The notes beneath the pieces are model-generated. The model was not told the DNA's origin, did not search any database, and saw only the letters and a list, made by a program, of their open reading frames with translations. The translations under genes were made by a program, and so were the position numbers. 64,000 bases of DNA from Nitrospirota bacterium (GTDB lineage Bacteria; Nitrospirota; Thermodesulfovibrionia; Thermodesulfovibrionales; JdFR-86): positions 32,001-96,000 of the forward strand of contig CAVRJY010000001.1 in assembly GCA_963721805.1 (NCBI GenBank), written 5' to 3'. Of the stretch, positions 41,680 through 51,154 are shown piece after piece (the first letter of the stretch is position 1; every line of letters starts with the position of its first letter).

Positions 41680-41859
41680 TAATCAAAGCCATTGACCTTG
41701 TGGGGTGCGGGGGGCTCCTTTATTCTCTCCCCCGAAAGCGCGCCCAAATCGGCTTCAGACAAGGCAGGGCGAGAAGACCGCCCGATGGTGTACTTGGGCG
41801 TACATAGAGGGCGAGTCTTTGAAGCCCCCAACGACGTATCAAGCGATTTGGCGCGCTTT
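41680..41859 (+). repeat. R element copy (subtype A)
   Basis: TAATCAAAGCCATTGACC...CGATTTGGCGCGCTTT. Confidence 0.9.
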
Positions 41860-41867
41860 AGAGAGGA

Positions 41868-43214
41868 TCAGCGCTTGGCGAGGGGCGGTACTGGCTTGTT
41901 GATCTTGACCGACGAGTAGAATGAAGGCCTGATGATCCTACCCTGTATGAGTTCCTCGATGCGGTGCGCGCTCCATCCCGCCACGCGCGCCATCGCGAAG
42001 ATCGGCGTGAAGAGGTCCACCGGGATGCCCATGCACTCGTAGACGAACCCCGAGTAGAAGTCCACATTGGTGCAGACGATCTTGTTCTTCTTTTCCTTCA
42101 CCACGCTCGGCGCGAGCCGGGCTATCATCCGGTACAGCGCGAACTCCTTCTCGCGGTTTGCGGCGCTCGCGAGCTCCCCGGCGCGCTTCTCTAAAAATAC
42201 CGCCCTGGGGTCCGTGCAGGTATAGACCGCGTGGCCCATGCCGTAGAGCTTCCCGGTGCGGTCCCCGGCCTTCTTGTCCATGATCGAGACGAGGTATGCG
42301 CGCGCCTCGTCCTCGTCCTCCCAGTCCCTGACCTTCTTCTTGATCTCGGTCATCATCCGCACTACCGCCTCGTTCGCCCCTCCGTGCAGGTGGCCCGAAA
42401 GCGAGCCGATCCCGGCGCATATGGCCATGTAGGTGTTGGCCCCCGAGGAGGTGACGCAGCGTGTTGAGAACGTGGAGTTGTTGCCCCCGCCGTGCTCGGC
42501 GTGGAAGATCAGCATCGTGTCGAACATCTCGGCCGTCGCGCGGTCGGGCACCTTGCCGGTGAGCATATAGAGGAAGCTCTCGGCCGTGCTCATGCCTGCC
42601 TCGGGCTCGATGATCTTGCCGCACCGCTCGCCCTGGTCGAGGTTGCGCGTGAGGTAGTTATATGCGATGATCGAGCCGAACTTGGCTATGAGGTCGATGC
42701 ACTGCCGGACGACGTCTTTGAGGTCCGTCGAGTTCGGGTTTTTGTCAAAGAGGTGCATAGCCGAGACTATCGTGTGCAGCGAGCCCATCTGGTCGTCGTG
42801 CTGCGGGCGGCAGTATACGATGCCCTTGGCCTCCTTGGGCAGAGCGCGGCGCTTGCCCAGCTCGCGCGAGAAGCTCTTGAGGTCATCCTTCGTGGGCAGC
42901 TCTCCGGTCAGGAGCAGGTATACCGTCTCCTCGTAGCCGAAACGGGCCTCCTCCTCCTTCGTCCGCACGAGCTCCTCGACGTCGAAACCGCAGTAGTAGA
43001 GCTTGCCGGGGATCGCGCGGATGCTCTCGCTGCCGTCCCCGCCGATCACGCGCTCGTAGCCGATCACCTGGCCCTTGCTCGTGATGCCGACGAACACCCC
43101 CGTGCCGTCATCGTTGCGCAGGCCGAGCTTGATGTTCTTTTCCCTGAGCAGCTTGGCATCGAGCTTGTCGTGCATCAGGGCAAGGTTTTCGACTTTTTTC
43201 AGTACGCTCTCCAT
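41868..43214 (-). CDS. gltA: Citrate synthase
   Basis: HAEHGGGNNST, GHLHGGANE, YGMGHAVY, DPR, NVDFYSG. Confidence 0.9.
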   Translation of the reverse strand: MESVLKKVENLALMHDKLDAKLLREKNIKLGLRNDDGTGVFVGITSKGQVIGYERVIGGDGSESIRAIPGKLYYCGFDVEELVRTKEEEARFGYEETVYLLLTGELPTKDDLKSFSRELGKRRALPKEAKGIVYCRPQHDDQMGSLHTIVSAMHLFDKNPNSTDLKDVVRQCIDLIAKFGSIIAYNYLTRNLDQGERCGKIIEPEAGMSTAESFLYMLTGKVPDRATAEMFDTMLIFHAEHGGGNNSTFSTRCVTSSGANTYMAICAGIGSLSGHLHGGANEAVVRMMTEIKKKVRDWEDEDEARAYLVSIMDKKAGDRTGKLYGMGHAVYTCTDPRAVFLEKRAGELASAANREKEFALYRMIARLAPSVVKEKKNKIVCTNVDFYSGFVYECMGIPVDLFTPIFAMARVAGWSAHRIEELIQGRIIRPSFYSSVKINKPVPPLAKR

Positions 43215-43253
43215 GAACCGTTATTTTAACGGTTTTCCCATTCTCGGCGCAAC

Positions 43254-43303
43254 GGGGTGCCACGGGCACCTCTCCCTATTCGCGGGCAGATCCCCGCTCA
43301 CTT
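43254..43303 (-). repeat. S-family repeat
   Basis: Reverse complement AAGTGAGCGGGGATCTGCCCGCGAATAGGGAGAGGTGCCCGTGGCACCCC. Confidence 0.75.
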
Positions 43304-43335
43304 AGGGCCGTCCCGGCCCCGAGCACAATAACTAT

Positions 43336-43516
43336 TAATAATGCCGTTGACCTTGGGGGGCCCGGGGGGCGTCAGTTGGCTTCCACACCCCCGAAAGCGC
43401 GCCCAAATCGGCTTCAGACAAGGCAGGGCGAGAAGACCGCCCGATGGTGTACTTGGGCGTACATAGAGGGCGAGTCTTTGAAGCCCAACGCAGTATCAAG
43501 CGATTTGGAGCGCTTT
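43336..43516 (+). repeat. R element copy (subtype A)
   Basis: TAATAATGCCGTTGACC...CGATTTGGAGCGCTTT. Confidence 0.9.
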
Positions 43517-43517
43517 C

Positions 43518-45347
43518 CTACTGGGGATGAGAGAGTTGAGCCTCTGCCTTCTGCCTAAGTTCTCTGGTCTGGGTAAGTGTCGGGTCTATTGCCAGCGCCG
43601 CGTCGAATTCGCGGATCGCGGCCTCTGTCTGCCCGGTCTCCATATAGCATATCCCCAAGTTGTTGTGCGCCTCGGCCAGCCGCGGGTCAAGGCGTATAGC
43701 CTCCCTAAGCTCGGTGATCGCCTCTGAGGTCAGCCCCCCGGCGTAGAGCGCCGCGGCGAGGTCCGCGTGGCCCTGGGCATACCCCGGCTTCGCGGCCACG
43801 GCCTTGCGGTACATCGCTATGGCCTTGTATGTCTCGCCCTTGGCCTCGTGCGCCCGGCCGAGCTTGTCGTACACCTCCGAGAGGTCGGCGTTGATCCCGA
43901 GCACCGCCTTGAAGTGCTCGACGATCTCATCGTCATTGTCTGTAGCCTGCTCCGGCTGCGCGGCCGCCGGGCCCGTATCGAGCGTGTCGTGCGGCAGGGC
44001 GGATGCGGCCCGGTATTGCTCATCCGCGCGCGCGTTATCCCCGGCGGCACGGTACGCGATGCTCAGGTTGAAGTGAGGCCTTCGTTTCAGGGGCGACTTG
44101 CTGACGGCGTCGGACCAAAGCGAGATCTCGTCGTGCCAGACCGCGTTTCGCTCGTATGCCGCCACGCCGAGCGCGGCAACGAGCGCCGCAGAGACGACCA
44201 TAACGGCCCGCGGCCGGACGAACTCGAACCCGAGCGCGACCACGGCGATTATGATACCGGCCGAGGGCAGGTATGCCCGGTGCTCGAAGATCATGTCATT
44301 AAGCGGAAACACGCTCGACTCGACCGAGAGCGTGACGAAGAACCACCATACCCCGTATGCCGCGACCCGCAGCCCCGGCCTCCGGGTGCGGTATGCCCAT
44401 ACCGATGCGGCCAGCAGGAGTACCAGGAAGGCCGCGGATGCGAGCACCCTCGTATCGAGCAGGCTGCGGTAGACCGGCCAGTCGTAGTCGATGTTCTGGC
44501 CGGCCGGGAGGAAGATGAGCCGCAGGTACTCGGGGACGACCGTGATCTGGGTTATAAGGTAGTCGGCCCTCGTGAGGCCGGAGGCCGCACGGCCGGTAGC
44601 CGCGCTGATCGAGCCCCCGGAGGCCGCGATGGTCCAAAACGGTATGATGAGCATCGTGGCCAGGATCGGCGCAAGCGGCCTGAGCCTCTCGCGCCAGCCG
44701 CCCTCGAAGAATGCCGCCTCATAGAGCACGACCGCCACCGGCAGCGTAAAGGCGATCTCCTTGGTCATCATCGCACAGACCGCGCAGATTAAGGCAAGCG
44801 CGTAGCGCGCCAAACCGCCGCGGAGTCTCCATCCGGCATATGCCACGAGCGAGCCAAGATAGAACGCCGCACATAGCGAGGTGAAGCGCTGCGAGATGTA
44901 CGTCACGGCCTGCGTCTCGATCGGGTGCGCCGCGAAGAGCGCGGCCGCGATCAGGGCCGCGGCGGCGCGATGCGCCGAGAGCGTCGAGCCCCTCATGCGC
45001 GGCGTGGCGAGCATCAGCAGCACGAGCAGGTATACGAGCACCGAGTTGATGAAATGTATCGCGATGTTTACGAGGTGAAACCCGCGAAGCCCGTCCGCGA
45101 GCACATTGGCATAGAGCGTGAGGTACGCGACGTACCGCGTGCGGAGCGTATCGGTCACGTTGGAGTTCGTCATCATGCCGCGGTCGAACTTTGCAGGGTC
45201 CGGCCATAGCGTGAAGGACTTAAACCACGGGTTGCCCGGGATGTAGTCGCGGTCGTCGAGGTGGAACGATGCGTCGAGGGTGTTGGAATAGGCCGCGGCG
45301 CAGATCAGCAGCAGCAAGAGGATGCGGGGCCAGTGGCGGGTACTCAC
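43518..45347 (-). CDS. TMTC-like membrane glycosyltransferase with TPR repeats
   Basis: FHLDD, HPIETQAVTYISQR, EHRAYLPS; C-terminal TPRs (AHNNLG). Confidence 0.8.
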   Translation of the reverse strand: MSTRHWPRILLLLLICAAAYSNTLDASFHLDDRDYIPGNPWFKSFTLWPDPAKFDRGMMTNSNVTDTLRTRYVAYLTLYANVLADGLRGFHLVNIAIHFINSVLVYLLVLLMLATPRMRGSTLSAHRAAAALIAAALFAAHPIETQAVTYISQRFTSLCAAFYLGSLVAYAGWRLRGGLARYALALICAVCAMMTKEIAFTLPVAVVLYEAAFFEGGWRERLRPLAPILATMLIIPFWTIAASGGSISAATGRAASGLTRADYLITQITVVPEYLRLIFLPAGQNIDYDWPVYRSLLDTRVLASAAFLVLLLAASVWAYRTRRPGLRVAAYGVWWFFVTLSVESSVFPLNDMIFEHRAYLPSAGIIIAVVALGFEFVRPRAVMVVSAALVAALGVAAYERNAVWHDEISLWSDAVSKSPLKRRPHFNLSIAYRAAGDNARADEQYRAASALPHDTLDTGPAAAQPEQATDNDDEIVEHFKAVLGINADLSEVYDKLGRAHEAKGETYKAIAMYRKAVAAKPGYAQGHADLAAALYAGGLTSEAITELREAIRLDPRLAEAHNNLGICYMETGQTEAAIREFDAALAIDPTLTQTRELRQKAEAQLSHPQ

Positions 45348-46757
45348 CTACCCGATCCTGTGGAGCTTAAGCAGGTTGGTCTTGCCCGTGCCGCCTATCG
45401 GCGCGCTGCCGGTGATGACTATAGAGTCCCCGCGCCTCACGAGCCGGGCGCGCAGGAGCGTCCGCTCGATCTCGCGGAAGCGTTCGTCGGTCGAACGCTG
45501 GTGCTTCATGAGCATCGGCACCACGCCCCAATATAGCGCCATCCTCCGCACCACGGCCTCAAACGGGGAGAACGCGATGACCGGCACTCCGGGGCGGAAC
45601 TTGCTTAAAAGCCTCGCGGTATACCCCGAGTGCGTAAACGCGACGACGTACCGCGCCCTGATATCGCGCGCCGCTGTGACCGCGGCCTCCGCGACCGCGT
45701 CGGAGTATGAGCCCTGCCCGCTGTAGCAGGAGGCCCCGCCATCGCCCTGCCCCTCGGTGGCCAGTATGATCCTGTCCATCATCGAGGCGGCCTTCACCGG
45801 GTAGCGGCCGGTCGAGGTCTCGGCCGAGAGCATCACCGCGTCGGAACCGTCGAGCACCGCGTTAGCGACGTCATTGGCCTCGGCCCTAGTGGGCGTGGTG
45901 TGCACGGTCATCGACTCGAGCATCTGTGTGGCGGTGATCACCGGTACCCCGGCCTCGTTGGCCCGCCGGATCAGCATCTTCTGTATGACCGGGACGCGCT
46001 CTGGCGAGAGCTCCACGCCCAGGTCCCCGCGCGCGACCATCAGGCAGTCCGAGGCCGCGATGATCTCGTCTATGTGCTCGAGCGCCTCGGGCTTCTCTAT
46101 CTTCGCGATCAGCGGGATGTCCGCCTTCTTCGCCCTGAGCGCCGCGCGGACGAGCTCTATGTCAGCCGCGCGCCGGACGAACGAAACCGCGACGTAATCC
46201 ATGCCGAGCTTGATGCCCAGGCTGAGGTCCCGCTGGTCCTTCTCCGTAAACGCGTGCAGGCGCACCGCGATGTCCGGGAGGTTCACGCCCTTGCGGTCTC
46301 GTAGCGGGCCGCCCTCGACCACGCGGGCCGTGAGGCAGCCCCGGCCCTTGCCGGTCACGACGAGCCTGAGCAGGCCGTCGTCTATAAGGATGCGGCAGCC
46401 CTCGCGGCCGTCGCGGACTATGCCCGGATAGGTGATGTATATCGTCTTGCCGTCGGAGGGTTCCGCGCCGGGCTTGATCGTGACCTCGTCGCCGCGGCGG
46501 AGCATGACCTCGCCGCCTATAACCGTGCCGGTGCGGATCTTGATCCCTTGGAGGTCCTGGAGCACGGCGATGGGCCGCTTGAGCTTGGCCGCGATGCGGC
46601 GGATGGTGTTGAAGGTCTCCGTATGCGTTGAGTGGTCGCCGTGCGAGAAGTTAAGCCGCGCCACGTCCATCCCGGCCCGGATCAGCCGCTCGATCATGGC
46701 GGCAGAAGAGCTTGCGGGCCCGATGGTGCAGATGATCTTGGTCTTACCGCTATGCAT
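45348..46757 (-). CDS. pyk: Pyruvate kinase
   Basis: KTKIICTIGP, RLNFSHG, IAKIEK, MVARGDLG, ATQMLESM, MLSAET. Confidence 0.96.
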   Translation of the reverse strand: MHSGKTKIICTIGPASSSAAMIERLIRAGMDVARLNFSHGDHSTHTETFNTIRRIAAKLKRPIAVLQDLQGIKIRTGTVIGGEVMLRRGDEVTIKPGAEPSDGKTIYITYPGIVRDGREGCRILIDDGLLRLVVTGKGRGCLTARVVEGGPLRDRKGVNLPDIAVRLHAFTEKDQRDLSLGIKLGMDYVAVSFVRRAADIELVRAALRAKKADIPLIAKIEKPEALEHIDEIIAASDCLMVARGDLGVELSPERVPVIQKMLIRRANEAGVPVITATQMLESMTVHTTPTRAEANDVANAVLDGSDAVMLSAETSTGRYPVKAASMMDRIILATEGQGDGGASCYSGQGSYSDAVAEAAVTAARDIRARYVVAFTHSGYTARLLSKFRPGVPVIAFSPFEAVVRRMALYWGVVPMLMKHQRSTDERFREIERTLLRARLVRRGDSIVITGSAPIGGTGKTNLLKLHRIG

Positions 46758-46788
46758 ATACGAGTATATCACTTTCCCACATGCTGTT

Positions 46789-46853
46789 AAAGCGCACCAA
46801 ATCGCTTGATACGTCGTTAGGCATCGAAGACTCGCCCTCTATGTACGCCCAAG
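46789..46853 (-). repeat. Half R element (3' arm only)
   Basis: Matches the R 3' arm and ends at the TTGGGC apical loop. Confidence 0.85.
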
Positions 46854-46870
46854 CATGATTAGAGTTATGC

Positions 46871-46966
46871 GGTGAGCGGGGTTACACTCCGCGAATAGGA
46901 GAAGGTGCCCGTGGCACCTGAGCGGGTCCTCATCCCGCGAATAGAGAAAGGGGCCAGCCGGCCCCC
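46871..46966 (+). repeat. Two tandem S-family units
   Basis: GGTGAGCGGGG..CTCCGCGAATAGGAGAAGGTGCCCGTGGCACC and TGAGCGGG..CCCGCGAATAGAGAAAGGGGCCAGCCGGCCCC. Confidence 0.75.
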
Positions 46967-46972
46967 ACCCCC

Positions 46973-47001
46973 TTGACATGGGGGATTAGATAGGGTATCT
47001 T
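46973..47001 (+). promoter_or_regulatory. Putative sigma70 promoter of rho
   Basis: TTGACA-N17-TATCTT. Confidence 0.6.
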
Positions 47002-47202
47002 AAATATAGTTGTAGATGGCAGCCTTCAGTTTAATAGGGGAATCCCAGAGCCGATTGTAATCCCGAAAGCGCGCACCCTCAGCGGAAAATTTGATAGCCG
47101 CGCTGAGCGCGATATAAATAGGGATACGGCACAAACAAGCCAGCATTAAAACCCACACTCGTTGATAGCCGGGCGAAATGCACTAAAAGGAGCAGACCAC
47201 AA

Positions 47203-48471
47203 ATGGCCGTCGTAGCAAACATATCCATAGCAGACCTCATCAAGATGACGATCGCCGAACTCACGCAGCTCGCAACCGACCTCAACGTCGAGGGCGCCTC
47301 CGGCCTCCGCAAGCAGGACCTCATATTCGCGGTCATGCAGGCGCAGGTCGAAAAGAGCGGCAACGTGTTCGGGGCCGGGGTGCTCGAAATCCTCCCCGAC
47401 GGGTTCGGGTTCATGCGCTCGCCGGACTACAGCTACCTGCCCGGGCCGGACGACATCTACGTCTCGCCCTCGCAGATCAGGCGCTTCAGCCTCCGCACCG
47501 GGGACTTCGTGACCGGTCAGGTCAGGCCCCCGAAGGAGAACGAGCGGTACTTCGCGCTCCTCAAGGTCGAGTCGATCAACCACTCGTCGCCCGAGGAGGC
47601 CGTGGGCCGCGCGCTGTTTGATAACCTCACGCCTTATTACCCGACCGAGAAGTGGAACCTCGAAACCGAGGCGGACGAGTTCTCATGCCGCGTCATGGAG
47701 CTCATCACCCCCGTCGGCATGGGCCAGCGCGGCCTGATCGTCGCCGCACCGCGCACCGGCAAGACCGTGCTCCTGCAGTCCATCGCCAAGGCCATAAAGA
47801 AGAACCACGTCGACGCGCACCTGATCATACTCCTGATCGACGAGCGGCCCGAGGAGGTCACCGACTGGAAGCGCCAGGTGCCGGGGGCCGAGATCATCAG
47901 CTCGACGTTCGACGAGCCGCCACATCGCCACACGCAGGTCGCCGAGATTGTCATCGAGCGCGCCAAGCGCCTGACCGAGACCGGCCGCGACGTCTGCATC
48001 CTGCTTGACTCGATTACGCGCCTCGCCCGCGCATACAACGCCGTGATGCCCGCATCGGGCAAGATCCTCTCGGGCGGCCTCGATAGCAACGCCCTGCAGA
48101 GGCCCAAGCGCTTCTTCGGCACCGCGCGCAACATCGAGGGCGGCGGCAGCCTGACGATCCTCGCCACCGCGCTCGTCGATACCGGCTCGCGCATGGATGA
48201 CGTCATATTCGAGGAGTTCAAGGGCACCGGCAACATGGAGCTCCACCTCGACCGCAAGCTCATCGACAAGCGCATATTCCCGTCCATCGACATCAACGGC
48301 TCGGGCACGCGCAAGGAAGAGCTCCTCGTGGATAAGGACACGCTGAATAAGATGTGGATCCTGCGCAAGGTCCTCAACCCCCTGAGCACCGTCGAGAGCA
48401 TGGAGTTCCTGCTGGGCAAGCTCAAGAGCACCAAGACTAACAAAGAATTCATCGAGAAGATGAACAAGTAA
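47203..48471 (+). CDS. rho: Transcription termination factor Rho
   Basis: [41 protein letters not shown]. Confidence 0.97.
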   Translation: MAVVANISIADLIKMTIAELTQLATDLNVEGASGLRKQDLIFAVMQAQVEKSGNVFGAGVLEILPDGFGFMRSPDYSYLPGPDDIYVSPSQIRRFSLRTGDFVTGQVRPPKENERYFALLKVESINHSSPEEAVGRALFDNLTPYYPTEKWNLETEADEFSCRVMELITPVGMGQRGLIVAAPRTGKTVLLQSIAKAIKKNHVDAHLIILLIDERPEEVTDWKRQVPGAEIISSTFDEPPHRHTQVAEIVIERAKRLTETGRDVCILLDSITRLARAYNAVMPASGKILSGGLDSNALQRPKRFFGTARNIEGGGSLTILATALVDTGSRMDDVIFEEFKGTGNMELHLDRKLIDKRIFPSIDINGSGTRKEELLVDKDTLNKMWILRKVLNPLSTVESMEFLLGKLKSTKTNKEFIEKMNK

Positions 48472-48503
48472 CTAGCGCGATTTCGCTCGTATAACGAAAC
48501 CAC

Positions 48504-48532
48504 AGGGGGGCCGATAGGCCCCCCTTTCATTT
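48504..48532 (+). terminator. Putative terminator after rho
   Basis: AGGGGGGCC-GATA-GGCCCCCCT followed by TTCATTT. Confidence 0.7.
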
Positions 48533-48563
48533 GGTCACTCATCACCGCTCTCGCCCATTTTCC

Positions 48564-48762
48564 AAAGCGCTCCAAATCGCTTGATACTGCGTTGGGCATC
48601 GAAGACTCGCCCTCTATGTACGTCACAGTACACCATCGGGGTGCCACGGGCACCTCTCCTGAAGAAAGGGCCAGTCGGCCCCTTGTCTGAAGCCGATTTG
48701 GGCGCGCTTTCGGGGGGCACGGATGAAGGACGCCCCCCGCGCCCCACGTGGTCAAAAGCATG
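48564..48762 (-). repeat. R element copy with two S-type hairpins replacing part of one arm
   Basis: R consensus interrupted at 48638-48682 by GGGGTGCCACGGGCACCTCTC and GAAAGGGCCAGTCGGCCCC. Confidence 0.88.
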
Positions 48763-48956
48763 TTCTGATGTCCGCGCTTAGGCATACATACGCATACCGC
48801 GCGCGCGTTTTATTTTAGAGTGTTCGGATATTGGGGGCAAAAGCGAGCCTAATCCGGCGGATTTAAAGGGATTTATGCGATCTCCCGCGTTCGGATGTTC
48901 GGATGTTTTGGCCGAAAATCGGGCAATCATAAGCCGCTCAATCAAACGCATTTTCC
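48761..48956 (-). repeat. Leader homologous to 10963-11178
   Basis: TGTTCGGAT at 48821 and 48896; one-mismatch copies at 48761 and 48888. Confidence 0.75.
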
Positions 48957-49056
48957 CTACTGAGCGCCTAGCCCGCCCAACCACTCCCCTCGCTAATATG
49001 GCCTGTGTATATCCCATACGCGCGATGATAAACCAAGCGGTCGGAACTGCGCCATG

Positions 49057-49082
49057 GGAACTGGTTCCATGGAACCAGTTCC
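49057..49082. other. Perfect 26-bp palindrome
   Basis: GGAACTGGTTCCATGGAACCAGTTCC. Confidence 0.85.
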
Positions 49083-49100
49083 TAGGAGTTGGTTCCGGTG

Positions 49101-50300
49101 TGTAAAGGTTACGCTCTTACCGGACAGTATCAGGCTGGAAAAAGCAGGCGGCAGCCAGCCCTTCCATCGGTTAGAATGTTTCACCACAAAACACAGACCG
49201 AAGGAGGAAGGGCATGACTGCCAAAGAAAAGATATCACAAGGGAGGCTTTCAATGCTTCAGCTGGCCGAGAGGCTCAGGAACGTGTCGGAGGCCTGTCGC
49301 CGCCGGGGGGTGAGCCGCAGCCAGTTTTACGAGTACAAGCGGGCGTTTCAGGAGCAGGGGTTTGCGGGGCTCGCGGACCTTCCGCCGATAGCGCGTAGCT
49401 GTCCCCACAAGACGCCTGAGGAGGCCCGCAAGCGAGTGATCGAGATGAGCCTTGCTCACCCCCGGTGGGGGAAGCAGCGCATCTTCGAGCACCTGCTTCT
49501 GGAGGGCATATTGGTGCGTCCCTCAACTGTGTATCGCATCCAGGTTCGCGAGGGGCTGGAGTCGAAGGCCAAGCGCATCCTCCGGCTTGAGCAGGAGGCT
49601 AACGGCAAGGAGATCGAGCTAACGGAGGAGCAGGTCAAGCTCATCGAGCGGGCCAATCCGTGCTTCAGGGAAAGGCATGTGGAGAGCGCATATCCGGGCT
49701 ATCTGCTCAGCCAGGACACCTTCACGGTGGGCAAGCTCAAGGGCATCGGGACCGTGTATCTGCAGGCCGTGGTGGACACGTACGGCTCTTATGCCTTCGG
49801 CAAGCTGTACACGTCGAAGAGGCCCGAGACGGCGGCCGACGTGCTCTACGACCGCGTGCTGCCGTTTTACGAGGACCATGGCATCAGGGTCCAGCATGTC
49901 CTGACGGACAACGGCTCGGAGTACTGCGGCAAGCTGCTGCGGCATCCGTACGAGCTGTTTCTGGCGCTTCACGACATCGCGCATCGAAGGACGAAGGTGG
50001 CGACACCGAGGACAAACGGATTCGTGGAGCGGTTTAATCGCACCATCCTGGACGAGTTCTTCTCGGAGACGTTCAGGTACCGGTTCTACGCATCGCTCGA
50101 TGAGCTGCAGTATGACCTCGACCGGTGGCTGCACCACTACAACAACGAGCGCCCTCACAAGGGCTATCGCAACATGGGCAGACGGCCAATAGAAACTATC
50201 GAGCTGGGCAAAAAGCTAAGACAGAAAGCTGAGGAGGAGGCCGCCTGATCAGTGCGACCGATGAGATGGAAAACTGTCCGGAGAGCACTGGACTTTTACA
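49101..50300 (+). mobile_element. Complete IS481-family insertion sequence
   Basis: TGT...ACA ends; imperfect IRs (TGTAAAxGT...CCGGACAGT); 8-bp direct repeat TTCCGGTG at 49093-49100 and 50301-50308. Confidence 0.9.
49214..50248 (+). CDS. IS481-family DDE transposase
   Basis: HTH NVSEACRRRGVSRSQFY; SQDTF, TDNGSEY, TNGFVERFNRT, YNNERPH. Confidence 0.92.
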   Translation: MTAKEKISQGRLSMLQLAERLRNVSEACRRRGVSRSQFYEYKRAFQEQGFAGLADLPPIARSCPHKTPEEARKRVIEMSLAHPRWGKQRIFEHLLLEGILVRPSTVYRIQVREGLESKAKRILRLEQEANGKEIELTEEQVKLIERANPCFRERHVESAYPGYLLSQDTFTVGKLKGIGTVYLQAVVDTYGSYAFGKLYTSKRPETAADVLYDRVLPFYEDHGIRVQHVLTDNGSEYCGKLLRHPYELFLALHDIAHRRTKVATPRTNGFVERFNRTILDEFFSETFRYRFYASLDELQYDLDRWLHHYNNERPHKGYRNMGRRPIETIELGKKLRQKAEEEAA

Positions 50301-50350
50301 TTCCGGTGGAGTCTTTGACAAAAAATCTTTTAGTCTTTTCTGGCATTCAA

Positions 50351-51154
50351 TTATTTATCAAAAGGGCTATTGCGGTAATTCACAAGATCCTCGGCGGTCA
50401 TTTCCTTCGGTGGAACAAGACGATAATGTTTTTCAGTCGCTATGCCGATACCATTGCTGCCTTCCTCGAAAGCGAATAGTGCGATCAAGTTGTCCTCCAT
50501 GAATTGCGTCGCAATGGGTCGACATACAAGAGCGGGGAACTTCGCAGCACACATAGCGAAGTCCTGTTCTATCTGCACGATTCCTAGCTGATCCTTTCCA
50601 CCTTTGGCCTGCACAGGGAAGACATATTGAGCCCCGCGCCGATCAACTCCTATATAAAGTTCGTCGGTCTCAATCTGGCCCATTCCTGCAACAGTCGTTC
50701 TCAAATGGCTCTGCAAGGCGTAACAAGTTACGCCGGTAAAGATGTCTATGAGCCTGTTATAGCGCACCTTTGCAAGCAGAGCCTGCTCATCGCTCAAGGC
50801 ATACATCATGATGATTCCTGGAGTGGCGTCCGGTATTTTTGTCTCTGTCAACAATTCATTGGGGTTTATCCGTGGCAACGAGGTAAGCGAGAATTCATAA
50901 CGGGCGGTACCTACTGGCCGTATGACCCATTCCAAACCCTCCGGAGCAAGTTTACGGATGGAATCCGGCAGGGCCGCCCTGTACCGAAAAGTGTAAACAA
51001 TATCGCCAAGATTTTTCGGTAGAACGATACCCAGTTCCTGAGCGGTTCTTACGATCTCTTCTCTTTCGAAAGAGACTTCCGTGGCCATTGCGGTGTAGTG
51101 GCGTTCAAATATCTTTTCGATAAGCTGAGTGTATCTATTTTTACCCTTAGCCAT
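50351..51154 (-). CDS. Putative restriction endonuclease (PD-(D/E)xK-like)
   Basis: GQIETDELYIG...PVQAKGG motif; overlaps the MTase stop; AT-rich. Confidence 0.6.
   Translation of the reverse strand: MAKGKNRYTQLIEKIFERHYTAMATEVSFEREEIVRTAQELGIVLPKNLGDIVYTFRYRAALPDSIRKLAPEGLEWVIRPVGTARYEFSLTSLPRINPNELLTETKIPDATPGIIMMYALSDEQALLAKVRYNRLIDIFTGVTCYALQSHLRTTVAGMGQIETDELYIGVDRRGAQYVFPVQAKGGKDQLGIVQIEQDFAMCAAKFPALVCRPIATQFMEDNLIALFAFEEGSNGIGIATEKHYRLVPPKEMTAEDLVNYRNSPFDK

Noticed and set aside
40400..41870. Target-site duplications around R pairs (classical composite transposon or MITE)
   Set aside because: No direct repeats are visible outside the paired copies at 40413/41859 or 2170/2573.
43254..43303. 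S repeat as a hammerhead ribozyme
   Set aside because: TGAG-stem-CGAA resembles part of the core, but CUGANGA and GAAA are not intact (AAGTGAG, CGAATA).
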